From assembly GCA_045837725.1 (NCBI GenBank), contig JBEWZL010000166.1, positions 310,001 through 374,000 on the forward strand: DNA of 64,000 nucleotides, read 5' to 3'. A model generated the notes under the pieces. The model was given only the letters and a program-made list of their open reading frames with translations, did not search any database and was not told the origin of the DNA. Each line of letters opens with the position of its first letter. Within the stretch, counting starts at the first letter, position 1. The DNA is from Vermamoeba vermiformis. Its lineage: Eukaryota. A program made the translations under genes and the position numbers. Of the stretch, positions 54,261 through 64,000 are shown piece by piece.

Positions 54261-55468
54261 TTTGAAAAAAATTTTTTTTTTTGTTGAGGATTGGCAAAGT
54301 TCTGAATGATGATCAGGAACGGGAGATTTCGAGACTGTTGATTTTCGACGCTGTACAAAGCAAATTGTTGAATGCGAGTGATGTACTCTCTGTTGGCAAG
54401 AGCTTGTCGGTTAGTGAAGATGATGATGTTGCTGACAGCGTAGAACAGTTGCGGCAACTTCTTCGACACGTATTCGGTTCGTTTGACGTTGTACTCGTCG
54501 AACTTTTGCTGAGGAATAAGCAAGCTCTTCAGCTTTTGCTTGATCCTGTGCACAAATTTCAACGGAAGTCGGCCGTCAGCACCTTCACCGTCCAACAACA
54601 CTACTTTTTGCGAGTTCACGATGCCGTTATATTGATTGACGTTTCCCGTTGTAGGATGCTCCTGGGATGGCGCGGCAGTTGAAGGACCTCTGCGATAGTT
54701 TTGTTAAATATTCCGTTACGAGAATTTAATTTTGTGATCTTACGATTGTAGCAGTACTCGCTCATTGAAGTCCATTAATTCCGTTAAGAAATGACTCTTT
54801 CCGCATTGTGTAGGACCCACAAAGCTGATTCTAGGCAGGTAGCTTGACCGACTGGCTTCTTTTTTGTAAGTTGGCCAATTCTTTTGGGACAAGACGAGAT
54901 GCGGTTGATCTGCAATCTCTGGCACACGAATCACTTCATTCTAACGAAGCAAAATTAGAATTGAAGCATTTTTTAGTGTCAGACTTACAGGTTCCTCTTC
55001 TTCAAGGTTTTCCACTTGCGTGTTGATGTTCACAGGCTTGGCTGGCGAGTCCTTTTTCAAGTTTTCCAGGCACGTCCACAACTTACGCTTTACGTTCAAT
55101 AGTTTGATTCCCAAATGAGTGCCAAGGTCATCATACGTCAAGGCAAACAGTCCACGACCGTTAATTGATTGAGAAGCAAAGATTTTTGTCACATCTGAGC
55201 TGATGCCGTTTTTTTCCAGCCATTGAGAAACCTCTTCAGAGGACCAATTGTATGGGTTGGCTCTGCGGTTCTGAAATTCAGTTCTTTTTTCAACGAATAC
55301 CTTCCAATTAGGGTGCGAGGGAGATAAGTTGAGAACATTGGCTACATCCACGTCCGGCAGCTCGAACAGTTCGTTAGGAGATGCAATTCCGTTTTCGTTG
55401 AGGACTTCTATGGGAATACCGCATGCTTTAGCAATAGCTTCTAACTCTGAAAGATCGTAAGCTTCCAT
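51608..55468 (-). CDS. SAM + GBP-like P-loop GTPase + RING-like zinc finger + patatin phospholipase
   Basis: [11 protein letters not shown]...[19 protein letters not shown] (SAM); [12 protein letters not shown] and LLDGEG; CGLC...CSHYFCDKC...[35 protein letters not shown]. Sequence quality is poor at 54130-54290. Confidence 0.82.
54214..54283. repeat. Long poly(T) tract, probably a low-quality assembly segment
   Basis: About 45 consecutive T plus further T runs interrupt an otherwise coding exon. Confidence 0.8.
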
Positions 55469-55945
55469 GGTAATGAGTGGAAGAACAAATGATGAATGAA
55501 GTAAATTGAATTGAAACCGCTATTCTTTTATTGTCTTGAGTCAAACTTAGTCAAATCAGCACGCTACTCGGTGAATTTAGCTCCTTATTTGGTTATGTTA
55601 CACAGAAAAAAGAATTGAAGTTGGAGCGGAGATTCACCGCTTGCTGTATTCAATCAAATATTTGAATCATGCTAAACTCAGTGTATTCAAATATGACAAT
55701 AATACGGTCTCGTTGGACGGATAGATCATATTAACCCCGGATCTTAGTCTATCCAAAAAATTGTTCCGTTCCAGATCGGTGACAGTTTGAAGGATTTATT
55801 AATGTAGTAATTGTACAAGGTTGATAGATAAGTTAAGAACCGTTATCATGCAATAATATCGGCTCATTATTAATTAATATAATACAACATAATTCTCTTT
55901 TTTTTTTCTTAGAAGGAGCATTATTCGTATGTACTAAAAAGTGTT

Positions 55946-58509
55946 CTATTTGTCAATCATAGCCGTAGAAAATTTAGCTTTTCTTTCGGGCGTTGAATTG
56001 ACGTGCTTTTTGTACAGCGAGAAGATCTCTTTGCTTTCTTGCCACGCATCCAGATTGAACGTGATTGGGCCTCCAGATTGCAGGACTGTCGTTAGCAGAT
56101 CACTAGCACCCTATTAATAATAAATATAATTAATAATAGGCTCGGTCTTAAAGTTACGGTTTAAATTTTCAGATGCCGATCGAAAAATGAATTTCGATCA
56201 AATACGATCTAATATGTTAGTAAATATATAATAGGTATTCTTACTTGTAGCAGATCATCATCGACTTTATCTTGTTTGAGTTCATTCAACAGATCTCCGT
56301 GTTCGATGCACTCGAAAGCGGTGTAATCGGTCATAACGCTGCACAATATCATTAGCGACTATACTAGTCATATTTATATATGATGATGACGTACTCGTTG
56401 TTGTATCCGCGGACTAGCAGCCAGTGCTTGAATGGTTTAGGCAGCTGAGCAAAGTTCGCGACAAGTAGGGCCACCTAACGGATCAAAAATTTTAATTTCA
56501 AGACTCTCACTAATACTAATAGATATATCTATAATAATAATTATAATACTAATGAATATAAGATCGTAAATATTAAATTAAAGAAAAATTCAATGCGAGA
56601 CCAATTATTAATAAAATTTTTTGATTGCTGGTGTTATTCAAAAAATCGTTAATATGTATTAATCGAACGATATAAAAATCGTTATTATACGAGTATTATT
56701 AATGAAAATTTGCAATAAGAGTGCTATTGTAGTAATTATAAGGTACCTTAATAGCCATAATGCGTCCCCAGCCCGTGACAGCAATAGACATGTCCCACAG
56801 TTCCGGCAGTGGTTCTTGAATGTTCGAGTACAAAAAGCGACAGCTAAATATAGTAAAAAACGACATTAGACGTCTAAAGTATTGCAAAAATTAACGCAAA
56901 GATTCCACGGAACAAAATTGAACGTTGCAAAAAAATATCGTTAAAAATTACACCAAGATCGAGATTAAAAGGATTAAATTTCCAAATATGGTAATATTAG
57001 CGGAGTGCGTACCTATACCAAGTAAATTCTTCGCATCGACCGAGATCCATGACCATATCAATCAAGTCATCGCGGTACGTGGTCGGAATATTGTTCAATA
57101 GGCCAAGCAACATTAATCCGAGCTTGACTGGTGTTTTGTGCGCGGATTTAAAGGCTAAATATGGAAAAGACCGTTAGTGATATTGACCTCTAGTCATTGC
57201 AAGAAATTTTTGCCAAAATTGGATTAATTAATATTATATTAAATGGCGCAAAATGCATTATTTAGATAATAAGCAATATATTTTCAATATTTTAACTATT
57301 TTTAAGGCTGAAATTAATTTTTAAAAATTATTGGCGGTTCTCCCACAATGTGGAACGATTTTTTCAGCCATAAAACTAGTAATTAACGAGCATTATTATA
57401 TATAGATGCGTACCTAATGTGCAAGCCAATTTCGCGTAAATTTTAAGGCCATTTGCATCGAGTTTTTGAACCCAAGGCAATAAATCAGTAATAAATTTGA
57501 AAATCCATCCAATCACTGGCATCGTCCATTGAACTGTTTTGCCGCTATAATTATAATAGTATATTAATATTAGACCATAAATGCGCGTTAAATCGTCGAG
57601 GGAACAATTAACGAACAATTTTAAATTATTTTTGAATTTTTGACGGCTAGATCTCGCACCAATAACCAAAGATCTATCAGCATGGTATTATATAGAGCCA
57701 TATTATTAATTTTGATATTGAATAAAATGGCCAAAATAATTTACAAAAATCTTCGTTTCAATAAAAAACTGGATCTAGCCCAAGTACTCTTAGCCGAAAA
57801 ATAATCTTATAATTATTATATATTACGTACTCTGCTAATTTAAGAGGCTCAGATAAGCCGCTAGTTAATAAATTGTATAGTGCTTCGAGATTGCCATCTT
57901 GTTTTGAAACAAATTCCTTCACTTGAGATTCTACTTTGGTTGAAATTGCTGCTACTTTATTCTCTTCTTTAGCACCATGGAACCTATATTCATATAAGAC
58001 ATTAAGTGGATGCCTGGGAGGTGAGTTTGCAATCCGATCGAACAAAAATAATTTTCGTTAGTGAGCTCGAAATTTGATCGTTACGCATATAATCGATATT
58101 ATTAGCGTATGTTTTCATTATAATAATTATTATTTGATTTAATTAGGCCGATTAAAATTAAAAATTAATTTTTTTCTACCAGTAATTGCCATCTTCAGCA
58201 CCAGGTGCATATTTAATGTCTTGTCCTTTGCTTTCGTCGTCTTCTAATGCGGGTATTTCGATATGATAATTTTCATTGATATAGCTTTGAACTGCAGCTG
58301 CATCTGCATCTGATAATTTACCTCCAATAAGCTACGAAGCAAATATGATTAATAATTAGATCTTTATCGCTATAATATAATACAACACGCACTTTTTGTA
58401 ATAATTGATATGCTGCGATTTTAGGACGCTTTCCTTCAAGTGATTTTTGAACCGCATCGAGGATGGGCTGTTTGTTTTTTACAATCGACGAGATATCAAA
58501 GAACTCCAT
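55946..58509 (-). CDS. Hypothetical alpha-helical protein, multi-exon, bacterial-like motifs
   Basis: Spliced exons give IKYAPGAEDG...PVKLGLMLLG...LGRCEEFTWY...VTGWGRIMAIK...HWLLVRGYNN|SVMTDYTAFEC...GASDLL...GGP. Confidence 0.65.
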
Positions 58510-59273
58510 TCGATAAATATACCTCTATAGTTGTTATCGAATAGAATCAAACGCGATAACTCCGACACGCCAAAAACGATTAATTAAAATTTTATGGCGC
58601 TGAGATTGCCGCCAGATTTTTTGAACATTTGAGCCTGAGTGGCTGTAAATAAGTTTGAAAGACATAGACCTAGGCTCAAGAGCTGTACATTCGGAGCCTC
58701 CGACCTTTTCTTTGCGGGTCGGAGGAAGACTGCTCGGGACTCTCTCTTACTTCGTAATGGATTAATTACTTCGCTCTTCAAAGGGACCTTTTGAGATAAG
58801 ACATTGAATAGGATACTCTTACGAATAGTACCTCTAGGGATCGATGCTCGACAAACCGTTAGGGTCTAACCAAAGAATTTTTCCGAGCATCTCCAATTGG
58901 ATCTGCTGTACGAGCGATTTGAAACGACCAAAGGGCAAGGGACTGTATGTGTACTTGTCTGGTAGGATTGTGAGTTTGAATCCCCGCGTTCCTCGGAACA
59001 TTCTCGGAGATAAACAGCCAGGCGAAGCCAAACAAATAAATATTCCGACCAACAACGAACACAACAGCAATACATTCGTCATAATGAATACTTATTATAA
59101 TTAAATATATACTTGGTCTTGTAAAGCTGAAGATTGTATTTGCAAGTTCAATATCACGAGACCGATCGAGTAAGTGAACTCTGCTCTCGCTCGAAAATAA
59201 CTCAAATTAATCCAATAATTAATAAAATATTATAAGCGTATAATTTTAATTATAATTTTTTAATTAACAGACG

Positions 59274-62200
59274 ATGTCGAATACGAGCCCCATTAATCCA
59301 ACCAAATTAATTGAGCGCGGGCTTTCTGTCGCCGTCAAGGCATGGATATTAGTACCAGTATTAGTCAGGTAAATTCATATATTAATTTTTCAAACCGCGG
59401 TTGGATCCGATCCATTTTTTTTAATTCAATCCGTTCACAACTAATTTTTGCAATGATTTTACGGGCAATAATATAGAATTAATGTTACTATAATATATTA
59501 ACTAACTATTTTTGTTGATTTAGCCTTGCAACGACTCTGCTGGTCATTTTTACGGATCCCGATTACTCGCTACTCAAAGCAATACCGCAGATAATAATGA
59601 TGTTCTGCTTATGGGGCTTATGCTCAAAGTTATTTAAAGCCGATCAAAAGTTCTTGTGGATCTTGGTCAACTACGTAACCATGGCGATCAGGTTCGTACA
59701 ACAAAAAAAACCCCTTGATTAGGAATTTAACAAATATATTTGGTATTATCGTTACATTTTTTATTGTTTCGTAATAATAACGAGTGTATTAACGTACTCG
59801 GTACGGATGCAAAGTTTAATCGCCAAATAAGGCAATATTTTTGAAAACGGTTCTAAAGCGGTCAGTTAATTCCAAATTTTATTCTAGAATTTATCTCAAT
59901 AGAGGAAGTCGCTTCGTATTCTTAGTGCCAGTTATTCCGTTCAATTTGCTGGCCTACTCTTGGGGCTTCATGTCGTGGGCTCATTTTTTCCTAACCATGT
60001 CAATGCCTTTTTTGTGCGCAGCTATTCATGAATGGTACGTAACACTAATTTTATATTACATTCCAAATATGGCATTCTTTTTCGAGCGATTAAAACATAA
60101 TTTTTTAAAAATTAAAATTCAACTGCGAAGGTGCTACTTTGCAACAATTTTATACGGTTAGGTTAAATATTATATTACTGCCCTAATAACTATAATACGT
60201 TAATATAGGACCCACCCACATCCGATTAGTATCGAAGTGTTGGTTTGCTTGTTGATTTTTGAGGCGTTTTATTACTTGTTTGGATGGACCTTGGAGATGT
60301 ATTCGATTCAGCTCGAACAGTCTAACAAAGCACGTGATCAGTTTTTAGCGAGTGTATCGCACGAGATTAGGACACCTATGGTACGTTCTGCCAATATTGG
60401 CCTTAATACTTCGGGTGACACGTGTCAACCATAATGTCAAAAATGATTGCTGATCTGACTAACAATTCTCAGAACGGAATTATTGGCATGTCGTCGCTAT
60501 TGGCCGATTCAGAACTAGAGCCATATCAAAGACTATACGTCAAGAACATTCAAGCCTGTTCGAAAACATTGCTGGATCTGATCAACGATGTCTTGCTCAT
60601 TTCACGCATAGTAGCTAACAAGGCGATCAATCTCGAAATTAATCCGTTCAAAGTACCAGATATCATTTACAATATCAACACGATGCTTGGTAAGTCATCT
60701 GGATCTGCTATTTCCTTATAAGGCAATTTCCTAATCTTGCCGTAGAAATCCAAGCGGAGACGCAGGGAGTTGAAATTGGATTTATTATTGATCCACGAGT
60801 GATTGAAAGTGAAGTATTAAGTGATCCTAGTCGCCTGAAACAAGTCTTGATTAATCTCGTCCACAACGCCATCAAATTCACGACCGACGGATTTATTCTG
60901 GTGACAGTTTACCTCACGAAAAAATCATACAGAACGAAGGACGGGTCCAAGTAAGTATTACCATAAATGGAAATATTCGTTGTTAATGTCTTCTCATAGG
61001 CGGAATTTCTCGTTGGTGTTCAGGATTGAAGACAATGGCATTGGCATACCTGCGGATAAACTACCCAAACTCTTTGAGCCATTTTTCCAAGTCAAACCAA
61101 CGAATTCACCGCTGCAAGGCACAGGCCTAGGTCTATCAATTAGCAAACTATGGTATGTGTAGGCTTTATTCTTGTCGTTACATCGATGCGTGAAAAAATG
61201 AGTGACACGTGTCATACGCAAAAATCCGTTATCGATTTTTTTCAGTTAACGACGGTGAAAAAATGACACGTGTCACACAATGATCCGGATCAGATGTCGA
61301 CAAATGACAAGTGTCATCAGCGGGTCATAACGCTGCGCGCTGTCGTATTCAGTGACACGTGTCAAAGTTATTAATCAAGATTTCCTTTTTAGGATTGACA
61401 AGATGGAAGGAGCGATTGACGTGCAAAGTAGCGTCAACAAAGGCACGGTGTTCACGGTCTCAATTCCGTTTAATAGTCTCGACGAGAACAACACGAACAT
61501 TATGAACGAAGGAGGAAACAGCGCGTTGTTCATGAAAAGATTGCGCGCCAGTGAAAAGAAGATCTTAGTATTGCAAAAATTCGATACGTTGCAGTACAAA
61601 ATATTGCGCGAATTGTTGGACAAGGACAACGAGATCGGATTCGTCGAAAAAATCAATTTGCAGACACTAGAAAAGACCACGCTGAAACAACAGATCCAAA
61701 AGGGTTCATTTACATTTTTGGACAACGAATCATTGATTTTACGCGAGCTTAAAAATCACGAGACCAAATACGATTTGATCATTTTGGACTACGAAAGTAT
61801 CTCGACACCATTCGAAGAATTCATGAAAGAATTGAACACTACTAAGCCAATTATACTCATCTCGAGCCTCATGCATTCAGGCAAAATAGGATCAAGCCAT
61901 ATAACCAGATTGAATAAGCCATTGTTGTTGCACGATCTGCTCGACAAGATCAGCGAGCAGTTGGATCTCGGTGTCGAATCAAGAGCGAGGTCCAAAACGA
62001 CATCTATTGATAGTATAATGCCTATTATTATTGTCGATCCTAATGTCGGTGAAGCGCCGAAGATTTTGGTCGCGGAAGACAACGAAGTCAATCAACTTGT
62101 CATCGATAAATTGCTGGCCAAAATAGGATTCAAGGCCGAAATCACTAATAATGGACAAGAAGCCGTCGAGGCTTATAAGAAAGACACCTCAATCTTATAC

Positions 62201-62634
62201 GTAAGTGTTTTGCTATCGTATGGCCAATCCTTGAAAATGACAACCAAGACGGATCCATTTTTTTATTTATTTCAGAAAATTAACAATATACTAACTTTAT
62301 GAATATATAGAATAGTACTTATGGATATTCAAATGCCAGTATTGTCAGGCTACGAGGTATGAAAGCCCAAATATTTGCGCGATCCGGATCTGATCCACGT
62401 AACTTTTAGGCTACGCAACAAATGCGCGAATATGAAAAACAACAAGGTCTAGAGAAAATTCCAATTATAGCACTATCAGCGGGAGTATTCAACGATGATC
62501 GAGAACGGTGCGTTGAATGTGGCATGAACGATTTCTTGGCCAAGCCCGTGCTCAAGCCAGACTTGGAGAAGTTATTGAAGAAGTATATTAAGGACGATAG
62601 TATTAAGGCTAACGAAAAGGCTAAAATATTGTGA
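59274..62634 (+). CDS. Multi-TM hybrid histidine kinase (HisKA-HATPase-degenerate REC-REC)
   Basis: FLASVSHEIRTPM|NGIIG; RLKQVLINLVHNAIKFT; IEDNGIGI; LFEPFFQ; GTGLGLSIS; ILVAEDNEVNQ...MDIQMP...MNDFLAKP. Confidence 0.95.
61203..61364. repeat. Intronic cluster of TGACACGTGTCA palindromes (3 exact, 1 variant)
   Basis: Exact copies at 61203, 61264 and 61353; variant TGACAAGTGTCA at 61305. Confidence 0.9.
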
Positions 62635-62749
62635 GTTATTTTGTATTACTAGACCAAAATATGTAAATAGTCAAAAATGCGAATATTTGGATCCGGATCT
62701 CGTGACATGCCACGTAAGATTAACTAAGCTTTTTATATACCGTGCATTG

Positions 62750-64000
62750 TTAAGCCATTACGACCAACGCCATCAAAGCGAGAACAATATAGAGCGTCAC
62801 TTGTCCTAGTAAAGAATTGGCTGAAGAAACGAGTCTGGATGTGGGCGTTCGTCCAGTCGAGGACGGAGCTGTACTTGGCTCATTAGCCGTTGACGGGCTG
62901 TCAGTGCTTGGTTCGGAACTGCTGCTTGGCGAGCTCGAGGATGACGGGCTGTTGCTGCTGGTAGGTGGTTGGACAACTTGACAGCCATTCTGACCGAGCC
63001 CACTGCCTTCGTAACCTTCATTGCACGCGCATGTGAACGAGCCATTAGTGTTCGTGCACGTTGCGAATGGACTGCACGGCGTGAGAGTGGTGCACTCATT
63101 GATGTCTAAATATGGTAATATAAGCACGTGATCGAGTTTGGAGGCTTGTCTTACCGTTGCAAGTATTTGTTTGATTGTTGAACTGGTAACCTTCTTCACA
63201 AGCGCAAGAATAAGAGCCGTTGGTGTTCAAACAACTGAAATGCTCGCCGCAAGGGCTGTCAAGGCACTCGTCAATATCTGTGTTCAAACCGCAATTAGTC
63301 CTCTGAAATTTCGAAAAAAAAAACGGATTTGTGTAGCGGAACAAATTTACCGCAATTAGTCTCTGAAATCGTTTTAATAAAAAAGACGGATTTGTAGATG
63401 AATTTACCACAAATAGCATTTAGTATTATTATTTGTTTGTTCTATTTACCATCGCAAGTCAGAGTTTCATTATTGAACGCGAATCCAGCATCGCAAGTGC
63501 AAGTGTACGAGCCAATGCTGTTCTCGCATGTAGCTTGTGTACCACAAAAGCCGTACTGACATTCGTCAACGTCTAAATATAGTTTGTTAATAACGCAATC
63601 TTTAAGATCTTTTTTAATGCTTAAAAATCTTTTTAGTTATAATTCTAGGTAATTTCGGAATAGTTGAGCTGAAGCTATATGGCTTACCAACGCATGGGGT
63701 AGTTCCGTTTACTGAATAATAACCGCTGTCGCAAGAAATATATTGCAGGTTGTCCGTATAGAAAACGGGACCGTTGCTCACAAATCGGATGGCGGCAATA
63801 GGATAAACCGAAGCAAAGCCCATAGAAGTGTAAGAATTAGTGCCAGATACGTGCGGAATCGTGGAGCATTGCATCAGCTGCGAGTTTTTGTTGTAGATTT
63901 CGATCCAGGCGGCTCCGTCAAAGAGCTCGGCGTTAGTGCGTACTACGAATGCTGAGATAGGAGGATCGAATTGATAAAGGCAATATGAAGCGCGATCACT
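62750..64000 (-). CDS. Cell-surface protein with calcium-binding EGF repeats, Ser/Thr/Pro stalk and GPI/TM tail; 5' part outside the window
   Basis: DVDEC, DIDEC and DINEC...CTNTNGSFTCACNEGYEG; S/T/P-rich linker; hydrophobic C-terminus. Confidence 0.9.

Noticed and set aside
54131-54300. Poly-lysine ORF segment
   Set aside because: It derives from a long poly(T) tract that breaks the gene; probably a consensus artefact.
58939-58993. tRNA-like element (GTGAGTTTGAATCCCCGC)
   Set aside because: The T stem does not pair properly and there are no D or anticodon arms.

Overview
Gene-dense, intron-rich eukaryotic nuclear DNA, most likely from an amoebozoan (inferred from a CudA-family gene, a Dictyostelium-type annexin, a hybrid histidine kinase and short GT-AG introns). 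About 23 protein genes can be assembled by splicing the ORF fragments by eye. They include annexin, a CudA-like transcription factor, a GTPase/pseudo-OTU/LRR protein, a Ykt6-like SNARE, INTS4, oligopeptidase B, a PPR protein, RGS, an S8 protease, two F-box-Vps4-like AAA genes, actin, another F-box gene, DAK, TPR-HEAT-LRR, G-alpha, NSUN2, a P-loop ATPase, CG-1/TIG/LRR, SAM-GTPase-RING-patatin, a bacterial-like hypothetical protein, a histidine kinase and an EGF surface protein. One tRNA-Asp(GTC) lies inside an intron. The most notable observations are: tandem F-box-degenerate-Vps4 fusions; a SAM-GTPase-RING-patatin protein; the 12-bp palindrome TGACACGTGTCA in at least 8 exact copies; an AT-AC minor-spliceosome intron; and about six GC-enriched non-coding islands with nested complementary segments. 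Gene models and family calls come from motif recognition only; no database search or folding computation was run.
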